A DNA stretch of 61,453 nt, filler included, from Nemertoderma westbladi (lineage: Eukaryota; Animalia; Xenacoelomorpha): assembly GCA_032718475.1 (NCBI GenBank). It is 3 parts of 3 records of this genome, joined end to end, with 100 filler letters (N's around TTAATTAATTAA, not from the genome) between each part and the next. Parts side by side here need not be neighbours in the genome. Positions count along the whole stretch, not along the records: positions 1 to 19,917 come from JAUCBJ010006526.1; 2 more parts are not named here. The stretch is one strand, 5' to 3'. Each line of letters starts with the position of its first letter. Position 1 is the stretch's first letter. Both the position numbers and the translations under genes were made by a program. Shown piece after piece: positions 1 to 11,630 of this stretch. Under the pieces are notes generated by a model. It was not told the origin of the DNA. It worked only from the letters and a program-made list of their open reading frames with translations, and searched no databases.

Positions 1-604
1 AATTTAAAATGAAGTACAAATGAATAATTAATTTAAAATTAAATATGAATATGAATAAATAAAGTAAAATAAAATATAGATAATTAATTAAAATTAAATA
101 TAAATAAATAAGTCTCAAACATCTTGCCTCACGGCTCGCCCCTTAGAACTCTTAAGCAATATAACTTCTATATAATATAACTTATAAGTAGAAATATAAC
201 AAAGTTAGAGAAGATGTTAATTTTCAGATAATACGCCCTCTAGCGGCAGACTATGGAACTGCAGACGGCTGGATATAGGTAAGAGTAATTAGTAATCAGA
301 GCTGTCGCGAGAGGGGGGCGGGGCGCTTGGATACAACTATTATTAATAAGCTGTTGCTTGGTTAAAGCTAATTGGGGGGTCAAAGGTCAACGATAAAGCT
401 GTCTGGATATAGATAAGAGTAATTAGTTACCAGTGGGGGAGCTGTATACCCTATGGCTAACAAAGCAATGTATAAAGTAAAAGTAATACAATTAATTAAT
501 TTAAAATAAAGTACAAATGAATAATTAATTTAAAAGTACAAATGAATAAATAAAGTAAAATAGAATACAAATAATTAATTAAAATTAAATATAAATAAAT
601 AAGT
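1..604. repeat. AT-rich direct duplication (about 1-112 and 499-604), probably inside a non-autonomous element cut by the window edge
   Basis: aatttaaaat(g/a)aagtacaaatgaataattaatttaaaa...aattaaatataaataaataagt occurs twice; a small hairpin ggtgtca-ctta-tgacacc follows at 626-643. Confidence 0.6.
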
Positions 605-645
605 ATTAATGAATAAAAGAGCTGCGGTGTCACTTATGACACCCT

Positions 646-916
646 CTTGAGCCGGCTCTGCGACAGTTAGACAACACTGATGACCCATTGTGTGTCAGGG
701 CGCTAATCAGTCTGATTAATTAGGATAATCAATTAAACCCTAATAGGACACCTGTTAGGGTTTAATTGTACTAATTAATTGATGACATCTAATTAGCCTA
801 ATTGGGAGGTGTCACCAAGATAGTCTGGCGCCAATGACGCCCATAGGGTGCTAATTGGGTGTCATATGACACCCAATGGGTGTCAGTGAGGTCTAACTGT
901 CACAGAGCCGGCCAAG
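646..916. mobile_element. MITE, ~270 bp, ~50-bp imperfect TIRs, 5-bp TSD
   Basis: cttgagccggctctgcgacagttagac... is the reverse complement of ...gtctaactgtcacagagccggccaag; ACCCT is duplicated at 641-645 and 917-921. Confidence 0.85.
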
Positions 917-1838
917 ACCCTACTACTCACCTCTGCATTTTTGATTTAATGCCTTTTTTTGGGCTTCAATTTTTTTTGCTCAAAAATGTTTTTTTTCGAT
1001 TTTAGGATACAAGTTCATGGTAAATGTTAGTGAATCTCGTCTCATAACCAGTGTATAAATTGAAAGTTAATCAAAATGTATCAAAGTTGTCCTGAAACTG
1101 TTATAAAACACTTTGGTGAAGAAGAACATATCCGAAATTCCCTTGCAGTCCGCCTACCAGGCCCTAGTAACTGCCTTAGCAACAGATTTAAATTATTAAT
1201 TTCTTTGTCTCACCTTTCTTTTCCTGAGAAAATCTACAAACAGTTTTAAAAATCAAAAAACCCATCACACAACTTAATAACATCTTGGGAACACATCAAG
1301 GGCAATATAAAATCAAATAGCGTCTAACGTCGCAGACACAGACCCATTATTTGGACCAGAGTAATTTACACAAGTATCAAAATATTGAGATTAAGTGGAG
1401 AGTTCGTGTACATAGACTCAACTATTTGCTTCCATATTTGTAATTATTTGAAAATATCACTACGGCTAAGAAGCATGGTGATACTTCCCGTCATATTGTA
1501 CACATTCGCGTGACATTTACAGTCCACGTTACCATAGCAACAGACCAAATAAGACAATTTAACAAGAATTTAATTTACAGTATAACTATAATGCAGTATT
1601 CCATAGGCCTACCTTACCGGAGTTTTGAGAGATTAAATGTAACACACGTCGCATAGCTATAACCTTCGACTGTTAGTCAACATCATATCATGACTTAGGG
1701 GGATATTGTTTAATACCAATATGAATTTTAAAGTATCTCAGGCGTTTATCGAGACCTACAGTTAGTAGTTAACTCACTATAAATTCTGCTAAGATATTAG
1801 TTTTGGAACAGTCAGGTGCATCACACTATGCACCGTCG

Positions 1839-2070
1839 AGACAGGGGAGGGGGGGGGGGGGGGGGAATCCCATTTCGGTGAATTAATATTATGTATCAAT
1901 GTTAAATTATCAATTTAAGGAAAGGAGCAGTTTACAGTTGCACGTTATTCGGCACAAAACAATAAACGAATATCAATAGAACAGATATAAGTTTAATTTT
2001 TGAGAGTAATCAGGTGTTATTTGCGTCGATATTCACCCTGGAGAGGGATCAATTTTGATTGCGTCGAAAC
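1839..2070. mobile_element. G-tract MITE family copy, in the left foldback arm
   Basis: Shares caatgttaaatt(a/c)tcaattta..gaaaggag and ccctggagagggat with the copies at ~4930-5205, 25103-25380 and 33090-33385. Confidence 0.75.
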
Positions 2071-2199
2071 TATCACTTTCATTTGCCTATTATTATTATG
2101 ACTTGATGGAAATGGATGGTGACGAACATCCACCTTAAAGGTAAACTTCCCGAATGTGATTTGTGAAGAGACTTGCATAGTATGTGGAACAAGAAGAAG

Positions 2200-4677
2200 T
2201 GTGCAGAAAGATGAAGTGGAAAATTTCTACCACAATCTAAATGCATCTACTGATGGAGTGGATCAGCATGCATTCTTAATTTGCCTGGGTGACTTTAATG
2301 CAAGTCTACATCACTCATCTACATCTCATACTGGACCAAGTGGTCTGGTCAGGTCACACGTCCCAGATATACCATATTCTGTTTCGTGGGAAATACAGGA
2401 GCTCTATTCTGTACAAGACTGAAGTATATTTGCACTTCAAACCCTTATCCAGCTATTACCTATTATTGTGGCCAAGGTAAGACTTAGTCTCCACGATAGC
2501 AGAATTGCCAAGGAATGACTGGTCCTCTTTGTTGCAACAGTCCAGTTGTGAGATCCAGCTTCACACTACAGTTGAACAACAGGTATGAGGTTCTCGCCTC
2601 TGAAGCGGCAAATCACTGCGTGGGCTATACTGCCTTCACAGAAGCAGTTAATTTAGCAGCTGCTGAAACAGATCCTGTATATCCTCGAAACAGGAAATAG
2701 CCCCCCCCCCCCCCCCCCCCACCCGCACTGATCACAGAATTCGGAAGTGCCGAAATGACCTCAAATGGCGCAGAATGAGTCCCGCCGACTAGGGCACACG
2801 AAGACAGACAAGGATGCTAAAGGAGCTTATCAATAAGTAGGGCCTAGGTTGATGCCATTAACGCTGATGATAGCAGGCAATCAGCTCAGGCATAGCAATC
2901 AGTAAACCTGCTCACTGGGAGGAAAAGCCAACCAACCACCGAGGTTAATGCTGAATCTCCTGAACTCCTCAATAATGGTTGGATGTTGGAAGGCCTACTT
3001 TGAGAAGCTTCCAAACATAACAGGATATTGCCTGATAACTTTGAGGTACATCGTGTATCTGATTCTGTGCTCACAGATATCCACATCTTATTTGCGGAAA
3101 TTAAGACTGCAGTAAGGGGCTTGAAGACCAATCGTGCCATTGGAGTAGATGGCGTGCCCCTGAGGTCTTTAAAATTGCTGAGTGCTTAGAGCTCATTCAC
3201 CCCATTATTCTGAGTATGTATAGGACAAAGATAGTCCCTTAAGAAATTAAAATATATAAGTTGGTCCATGCACCAAAAAAGGGCAACCTAACAACCTGTA
3301 AAGCTTTTCGTGGAAACTCGTTAATCTCGATTGCTGCAAAGTAATACAACAGAATTCTATTAAATCGCATCAGGAATCCTTTGAGAACCAAAATGGGTTT
3401 CATAAAGGTCGTGGGACATGAAGTCTATTCTGGCACTTAGAAAGAGTTATCAACAAAGAAAGACAAACATCTCGCTATTATCTTTGTTGACTTCTTTAAG
3501 GCCTTCGACTCAGTCTCCCGACCACGCATGTTTAGCATACTTGTAGCGCATTGGTTTCCTGAGGAAATTATTGCAGCTATCAGACCAATGAACGATGGTT
3601 CCACCACATTTGCGTCTACTGCTGATGGTGACACAGATCCATTCGAACTCTTATGCGGAATACTTCAGGGTTACACACTTGCACCATTCTAATTCTTAAT
3701 TGTGGTTGATTGTGTTCTACGCATGTCCTTAGACCATAAAATTAAAATTACATTAAAATTATTAAAATGGGATGATGGTACCCCCTACTAGCACAACAAG
3801 TGGAGGAAATCCAGCAAAGTACCTAACTGATATAGACTTTACTGATGATATAGGGATACTGTCAGAATCACTCGAGGTAGCCCAAAGGCTTCTCTGCTCA
3901 TTGGACGAGGTTGCTTCTAGTGTTTGTCTTTTTGTAAATTCCAAGAAGACAAAAATTATGACAGTGAAAGTTGACAGCCCTCAAGAAATGGGAAAAAAAG
4001 GGAATAAGCTCCAGGAATGACTTGCTTGAGCATGTGGATAACTTCTGCTACTTGGGATCATGGATCAGAAACTCAGGTGAGGACCTTCGGATACGTAAGG
4101 GGGAGGCATTGTCTGCATTGAATAGACTATCCAGGATTTGTAAGTCCCACATAATAAAACGGTACCTCAAGGTTCGATTATTTCTGGCAGCAGTAGTTCC
4201 ATGGGAGTCCACGCTGGGCTCTAACTGCAGAGGATACCAAATCTCTGGATGGCACCTTCTCAAGAATGCTGCGCCGGGTTCATTGTGTTATGTACAACGA
4301 ACACATCTCCAACCAGACTCTATACAACATTGGAGCTGTTTCATCAGTCTCCTCTAGCTTGCCACTTGAACGGAACAGCTTCAGCCTTGCAGGACATTGC
4401 TTTCACTTTGAGGAACAGCCAGTGCATTATCTTGTACTTTGGCTACCTCATGAAGTGAATAAGCATGGTGGACAACCCATGACTTTCTTGAGACGCATTT
4501 TAAAGGACACTGGCCTTGAAGATGCGGATGATATAGCAATTGTCATGGGTGCCAGAGAGTTGTGGCAACGCAATTTTGTCGGCAAGCCTGCACAGCATTC
4601 TAAATATATATGTAATATATATAATGCAGCTGCAATGTAGCATGCCAATAGTAGTAGTAGTAATAGTAGTAGTAGTG
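2200..4677 (+). mobile_element. Decayed 5'-truncated RTE-clade LINE (end of APE endonuclease + RT), many stops and frameshifts
   Basis: KDEVENFY..LICLGDFNA (APE), LQLNNRYEVL, DIDFTDDI (RT), VDNFCYLGSWI, LAGHCF; (TAG)n tail at 4649-4677; homologous to 30323-32009. Confidence 0.92.
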
Positions 4678-4929
4678 CTGACACATTTAATTTTAACTTG
4701 CCGTCAACTGAAGCAATTCTTAATGGCTCATCTTTCTTTGCTCCATATAGTACTATGCATGTCTCTTCACAAACCACATTCGGGCAAGTTTTCCTTTTAA
4801 TAGTAGGAATATGTTCGTCACCATCCATTTCCATCAAGTCATAATAATAATAGGCAGATGCAAGTGATAGTGAAAATCATTCTCAAAGTGAAAGAAACAT
4901 TACTGTTAGGTAGGTCGATATTTATGGTG

Positions 4930-5205
4930 CCAGAGAGGGGGGGGGGGGGGGGGTCTTTCAACGCAATCAAAATTGATCCCTCTCCAGGGGAAAATCGATG
5001 CAAATAACACCCGATTACTCTCAAAAATCAAACTTCAATCTGTTCTATTGAGATTCGTTTATTGTTTTGGTTGGAATAACGTGCCATTGTAAACTGGGCC
5101 TTTCCCTAAATTGATAATTTAACATTGAGAAAAAATAATTTAAATAAAAACAAAATAAAAACCGAAATGGGATTTGTGCCCCCTCCCCCGCTCAACCCCT
5201 GTTTC
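4930..5205. mobile_element. G-tract MITE family copy, in the right foldback arm
   Basis: Reverse complement of 1839-2070; same orientation as the 33090-33385 copy (atccctctccagggga). Confidence 0.75.
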
Positions 5206-6245
5206 GACGGTGCATAGTGTGATGTACCTGCCTGTTGCAAAACTAATATCTTAGCAGAATTTAGAGTGAGTTAACTATTAACTGTAGGTCTCCTCAATGA
5301 ACGCATGAGATACTTTAAAATTCATATTTATATTAAACAATATTCCCCCAAGTCACGATAGCATGTTGACTAACAGTCGAAGGTTATAGCTATGCGACGT
5401 GTGTTACATTTAATCTCTCAAACTCTGGTAAGGTAGGCCTAGGGAAAACTACATTATAGTTATACTGTAAATTAAATTCTTATTAAATTGTATTATTTGG
5501 TCTGTTGCTATGGTAACGTGGTCTGTAAATGTCAACTGAATGTGCACAATATGACGGGAAGTATCACCATGCTTCTTAGCCGTAGTGATATTTTCAAATA
5601 ATTACAAATATGGAAGCAAATAGTTGAGTCTATGTACACGAATTCTCCACTTAAACTTAATATTTTGATACTTGTGTAAATTACTCTGGTCCAAATAATG
5701 GGTCTGTGTCTGCGACGTTAGACGCTATTTGATTTTATATTGCCCTTGATGTGTTCCCAATATGTCATATAAGTTGTGTGATGGGTTGTTTGATTTTTAA
5801 AACTGTTTGTTGATTTTCTCAGGAAAAGGAAAGGTGAGACAAATAAATTGATAATTTAAATTTCATAAATCTGTTGCTAAGGCGGTTACTACAGTAGTGC
5901 TGGGTTGGCGGACTGGAAGGGAATTTCGGAAATTTTCTTCTTTACCAAAGTGTTTATAACAGTTTCAGGACAACTTTGATGAATTTTGATTAACTTTCAA
6001 TTTATACACTGGTAATGAGACGAGATTCACTAGCATTCACCACGAACTTGTATCCTAAAATTGAAAAAAAAAAACATTTTTGAGCAAAAAACTTTGAAGC
6101 ACAAAAAAAGGCATTAAATTAAAAATGCAGAGATGGCATCCGGCCTAGCTGGATTCGCCATGTCTTGAAGTATAAAAATCAGGTGGATGCCAACCATTAA
6201 CAAAAAATGCCATCTAAACTTAATTTTCGGGAGTTGGCAGGTAGA

Positions 6246-6600
6246 CTAATAGGAAAGCTCATCTATATCATGAATATCACTATCATAAGTGACCTCTCGC
6301 ATTCCCAACATTGGAACATTCCTTAAATGAATTTGTTCTATAATACATGCATGTCGTAAATTTGCCATTCCAGTGACAGCTGCACTAATTCGAAGCAACG
6401 CTTTTCCGAAGTGAAAATTTCCAGAACCATTGGAGTTGCATTTAAAACAATAATATTCATTTTTAATACTTTGCAACGATTGTAACTGAGAACGTGATAA
6501 CAATTTGCAGGTATCGTGAAACCAGTTATTGCATCCCCCGCACCACACACAGTCAGTTATACAGGGTTTGTGAATATACTGCAAGGGTAATTATTTTGTA
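6246..6600 (-). pseudogene. PHD-finger (C4HC3) coding remnant, probably transposon-associated
   Basis: After a frameshift from an upstream YPCSI segment: CVWCGGCNNWFHDTC-x19-CFKC; the frame stops at 6246. Confidence 0.65.
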
Positions 6601-7619
6601 ACTTCTTCTTAGAGAGCGGCATATCTATTGCTAGAATATTAAATTGTTTTAATGCAACATGCAACTACAGCAGAACTACAGTATAAAGATAATAAACATC
6701 ACACAAATACATCTTGCGAAACGTCAATCAATTCCTTTACTAACAGAATTCCTATTTTTACTAGAATTAAAATTAACCTTATGTCTACACAATTTCATGG
6801 CGGGCGTCACAATAATACTAATAAAATGCTAGCTATCTATAGCTACGAAGAAGAAGTACTGTAGAGTCTCTGATACGGTTTGCAGAAACGGTTTATTAAA
6901 GAAAGTTTCTGCAAATAACTAAATGACTAAAATACTGTACCTAAAACTGACACACACAATGATTGGAGAAACGAAATGGTATGCAGCTGATGCAACATTA
7001 TAGAGTAATTACACAGTATATGTACTCTACCTTGCAAATTGTTATGTTTGCGACCAATAGCAGTGCAGGGCACAATCTTAAGCAGCCAATAAGGAGCGGG
7101 CAATAATTCAATTGTTCTTGTCATTCATTACAGCCACTAAAAGTTTCAGTAACTAAATATAGAAGATTTTGACTGGCCTACAGTAGAAGTAGGCTACTGT
7201 TCGTATAATACAATATAACGCAATACATACTCTACTATGAAGTGGGTATAAACTCGTATAACTGTAACTCGTCCTTATTAACTTGTCATCCTTATCCCGA
7301 CTGCATGTCTTTCCATCACTACCAAAAAACTTCAACCCAAGGTCTAACTTGATGTTCTTGATTGCTATTTAAGTGTGAATCGTGAGTTCTCCCTCTGTTT
7401 TTTTACGGGCTTGGGACCGTTTTTTGTGTTTTTAGAACACAAAAAGCTGCATTAAAAACTCATGAGATTGTATTGTCATGCTCTCTGACTGCTAGATCAG
7501 CTCCCCACTCAATGCGTGGCTCGCCCCACTATGCTTTGTTTTATTTTGCACATCATGTACGACCCTCTACACGATTTGAACTACACTTGAATACACGTTT
7601 TGCAAGCGTTTCTCACTCG

Positions 7620-7761
7620 TTTGTACTCTTTTGTACTATTTTTGCACTCTTTTGTACTATTTTTGCACTTTATTGTAGGCCCCTACTATTTTGTATTCTT
7701 TTGTACTATTTTGTACTATTTTGTATTTTTTTGTACTTATTTGTACAAATTCGTCGGACCC
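7620..7761. repeat. (TTTTGTACTA)n-like array ending aattcgtcggaccc; probable right half of a MITE
   Basis: ~10-bp tandem units; the terminus resembles the right end aattcgtaggaccg of the MITE at 19342-19809. Confidence 0.5.
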
Positions 7762-8259
7762 TTATAGGTATAGATTGGTGGCCATACACCATACCACCCC
7801 ACCCCACCCTGGGTGCTGGGGTGGTATGGCCACCCCAGTTTCTTTTTAAAAAATCCCCTCTGGGGACCTGAAATCGAAAATTACCATGGGTTTCAAAAGT
7901 TTAATAATATATACCGGTAGTCTGATAGTTGAGATGTGTAGGTATCTTCCTAGGGGTGGCCATGATGGTTTCATCTTTCATGTAACTGTGGACTGTGCTC
8001 CCGTGGGATTAAAAAAAGTTGAAAAAATTGCCATATACAACCCCAGCCTCTACCCTACTGGGTAGAGGGTGTGTGTCACTGTCACTACACTTACCGTACT
8101 CAGGTACTACCAGAACCAGACTACAAACAGAGAATACTGCAGTTTAGTGTGTAGTACTGTATCTGCCTAAGTGCCTACCACCCTACGTCAGTACATAGCC
8201 CTACTATCTCCAATAGCTCATATTGCCAACCTATCTATTGCTAGTTCCACATATCCAAC

Positions 8260-10632
8260 ATGTCTAAAACTGTCAAAAACGACACCAGTGTTTAAAGAGG
8301 GACCAGTTTTACGACGGGAAAACTATAGATAGACCTGTAGCACTGTTACCAATATTGTCAAAAACTCTAGAACGACTTATGTATGATCAATCCTATAAAT
8401 ACATGGTTGATAGCAAAATACTGTGTAAACTTCAATCGGGATTCCGTGAGGGCTACTCCACCGAAACATGCCTCACCTTTCTGGACAATTTTATCAGAAC
8501 AGCAGCAGACAAAGGACAGCTAACAGGTATGGTAACCATTGATTTAAGGAAAGCATTTGACTCGATCGATCATAATGTTATATTAATGAAGCTAAAATAC
8601 ATGGGGTTTTGCGAGAAGACAGTGAAATGGTTCAGTTCATATCTGTCTGACAGACGTCAGGTAGTTGCTATAGATGGAGTCTGTTCATCTGAACGTTTAA
8701 ATGATGATGGGGTGCCACAGGGGTCTGTGCTGGGAGTGTTACTATTCCAGTGCACAACTAATGATTCTGACCAGAGTATCGATGATAATTGCATCTCACC
8801 CAAGTTTGCAGACGATACAAATGAGGCTGCTTCAGGAGATAATATCTCAACAATATCACAGATATTAACACGCAATCTAGAGAGCCTTAATGAATGGTTC
8901 ATCCAGAACAGGATGACCATGCACTTTGGCAAAACAAAGGCCATATTATTTGGAACCTGGCAAAGGCTATCTAATTGTAACTGTGATCGGTTGACAGTTT
9001 CTTGTAATGGGATTCCAATACCAAATGAGGAAGAAATAAAATATCTTGGCTGTTGGTTCAATGAGAGTCTCAATGGCGAAGCCATGATAACGAAAATAGT
9101 GAAGAAAGCAAACTCACGGTTGAAGTTCCTCTACAGAGTCAATTCTCTCCTAGACTACACTCTAAAGCGACTGTTGTGCAACGTGCTGATTCAACCTTTA
9201 CTCGACTATTGCAGTATCACTTGGTTTCCCACCGCATCTAAACATTGGAAAGGAAGACTAGAATGTTTGCAACGTAAGATGGTGCGATACTGCCTATCAA
9301 TCGATTCACGATCCCATATTGAAGTCTCACACTACCGACAAATTAACTGGCTTCCAATCCCGGATAGAGTAAATCAACAAATACTGACACTTATGTATAA
9401 AACTCACAGTAACTCCGCCCCAGATTATATATCAGAAATGGTCACTTTTGAAGAAGATAGATTTGATAGGAGAGCCTTGAGGAATTCGGAAATGAAAGCA
9501 GAAATTCCCTATCGTAATACAGTCTTTGGACAAAAGTCGTTTTCGTATCTAGGTCCAAAACTCTGGAACGATCTACCAGTCAGTGTTAAAAGTGCACCAA
9601 ATATCGAAAGTTTTAAGCATCAAGTAAAAAATTACTTTATGAACCACATTGATATCAGTTAATTTTAATATTTTGTTGTCGTGTATACTATATATGACGT
9701 GATAAAGTAAAGGATATTTTAATGTCAACTTATATTGGAATTTCGATTGTAATTCTAAATTATTTGACGTACCTTATTTACAGTACTGTATGTTAAATTA
9801 TTTTACTAATATTTAACTCCCGTATTTTATTTGATATTGTTATTTTACATCACTTGCATGACCTACGTACTATAATATGTTCATAATCTATGCTTTTATA
9901 ATTTTTTAATAACTAATATTGCACCAGTGTTTTGTAATCTTTTTTTAAAATAATTTTAGTGATCTTTGTTTTAAATAATGTCAGTAATACGGCTTTTTTT
10001 TTAAAATAATGCCTGCTACTTAACCTTTTTATATCATCTGCCCGGAAATATACATGGAAATTTATTATTTTTAATATTTTAAAACTACTCTGCACTGGAA
10101 AAAACGATGTTGTACTAGCACTTATTGACTAGCACCTTGTGAATATCCGTCACCATCAGAATTTCCACTTAATTAACCCACTTTTATTTTACTTTTTCTT
10201 ATCCTTATTTTTAATTTTGCCAACCTTTTACTTGTACTTAATTACCCAATCATTGGCTACAATTAATTGTGACATTGCATGCAATTCCAAATATTTATTT
10301 TTAATGATTATTTTTAGTTGATGGTGTATGAAATTAACCCTAGACCTGTTGCAATCTGCTATCGTACGTGCAGTAGATCCATGTGCTGTGCACATTTCGT
10401 ACTTATCCCATTATTTTTTAGAGGACCCCCAGGGAGATGAGGCTATGCCTCATGGGGCTATCCTACGAGACATATTTGCCGTTTTCTACCATAACATAAC
10501 TACAACTACAGTATTTTATTTATAGTATCAATATATTTTAAGCTATATTTACCGTTATAACCCATTTGATTGTTGTATTACAGTATTAATATTATGATCT
10601 CAATAAATCAATATCAGTATCAATATCAATAT
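8260..10632 (+). mobile_element. 5'-truncated CR1/L2-group (L2/Crack-like) LINE with a long 3' UTR
   Basis: RT ORF 8355-9662 with frameshifted upstream TPVFKEG..ENYR; 3' stem-loop gaggaccccc..atgaggc-tat-gcctcat-gggg at 10421-10464; AATAAA plus (aatatc)n tail at about 10602-10632. Confidence 0.85.
8355..9662 (+). CDS. Non-LTR reverse transcriptase domain and C-terminal region (partial ORF2)
   Basis: 435-aa open frame with QSGFR, IDLRKAFDSIDH, GVPQGSVLG, FADDT, KYLG, LDYCS..W and GPKLWNDLP. Confidence 0.9.
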   Translation: MSKTLERLMYDQSYKYMVDSKILCKLQSGFREGYSTETCLTFLDNFIRTAADKGQLTGMVTIDLRKAFDSIDHNVILMKLKYMGFCEKTVKWFSSYLSDRRQVVAIDGVCSSERLNDDGVPQGSVLGVLLFQCTTNDSDQSIDDNCISPKFADDTNEAASGDNISTISQILTRNLESLNEWFIQNRMTMHFGKTKAILFGTWQRLSNCNCDRLTVSCNGIPIPNEEEIKYLGCWFNESLNGEAMITKIVKKANSRLKFLYRVNSLLDYTLKRLLCNVLIQPLLDYCSITWFPTASKHWKGRLECLQRKMVRYCLSIDSRSHIEVSHYRQINWLPIPDRVNQQILTLMYKTHSNSAPDYISEMVTFEEDRFDRRALRNSEMKAEIPYRNTVFGQKSFSYLGPKLWNDLPVSVKSAPNIESFKHQVKNYFMNHIDIS

Positions 10633-10689
10633 GAAATTTCAACAGTTAGTTACAATATCCCATTCCCATAGGCCTACTGCCATAGGCCT

Positions 10690-11455
10690 ATACTGTAGGC
10701 TACAGCGCGAAGATCTCTTAAACGTTTCAACATATTGTTTCATTATCTCACATACTGCGCCCGAAGGTCTCTTAAACGTTTCAATAGATTGTTTCAGTAT
10801 CCAACGTGCTGCATGAAGGTCTCTTAAACGTTTCAATAGATTGTTTCAGTATCCAAATCCAATGTGCTGCATGAAGGTCTCTTAAACGTTTCACCAGATT
10901 GTTCTCTCTTACACATTTCAACGAATTGTTTCAGTATCCCATATACTGCGCAAAGGTATCTTAAACGTTTCAATATTTTGTTACAGACAGACAGAGTACC
11001 GGTACCCCACATGCTGCATGAAGGTATCTTAAACGTTTCAATAGATTGTTTCAGTATCCAATGTGCTGCACAATGGTATCTTTGTTTCAGTATCCAATGT
11101 GCTGCACAATGGTATCTTAAACATTTCAACAGATTGTTACGGTACCCTACCCAGGTACCCTAGGTAGGCCTACTATAATTAGAAATAACACTTGTTCATG
11201 AACGTGCTGCATGAAGGTCTCTCAGTCTCTTAAAGGTTTCAACTGATTGTTTCAATATTCCACATACTGCGCGAAGGTCTTTTAAATGTTTCAACTTTCA
11301 ACGGATTGTTTCAGTATCTCACATACTGCGTGAAGGTCTTTTAAACGATTCAACTGATTGTTTCAGTATCTCACATACTGCGCGAAGGTCTCTTAAAACG
11401 TTTCAATGGATTGATTCAGTATCAAACGTGCTGCACGAAGTCTTGTAAACATGTT
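10690..11455. repeat. Degenerate tandem repeat, unit roughly 50-55 bp
   Basis: Recurrent catactgcgcgaaggtctcttaaacgtttcaatagattgtttcagtatc variants, about a dozen units. Confidence 0.8.
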
Positions 11456-11630
11456 CAATTACCGGCACAACAGATTATTCAGTGTCATGCGCGAATCGGC
11501 GAATGCCAGAATGCATTACAATTGTCATCCTGGTTTCGTTTTCTTCACGTTTTTTTTAGGTGGGTTTAGTTGGTTAGCAATGCAGACTTCACTTCTCATT
11601 CTATTCTAATAATATTTATTGACATTCTAG

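Larger units (their letters stand above)
931..6132. mobile_element. Foldback-type element / long inverted repeat; arms about 931-2197 and 4731-6132
   Basis: The arms align as reverse complements along their length, with scattered substitutions and indels (ctctgcatttttgatttaatgcc vs ggcattaaattaaaaatgcagag; acttgatggaaatggatggtgacgaaca vs tgttcgtcaccatccatttccatcaagt). Confidence 0.9.

Noticed and set aside
5288-5428. Exon-like segment (ctgtag ... gtaagg) in the foldback arm
   Set aside because: The best-looking frame has stops in both arm copies and no partner exons are evident.
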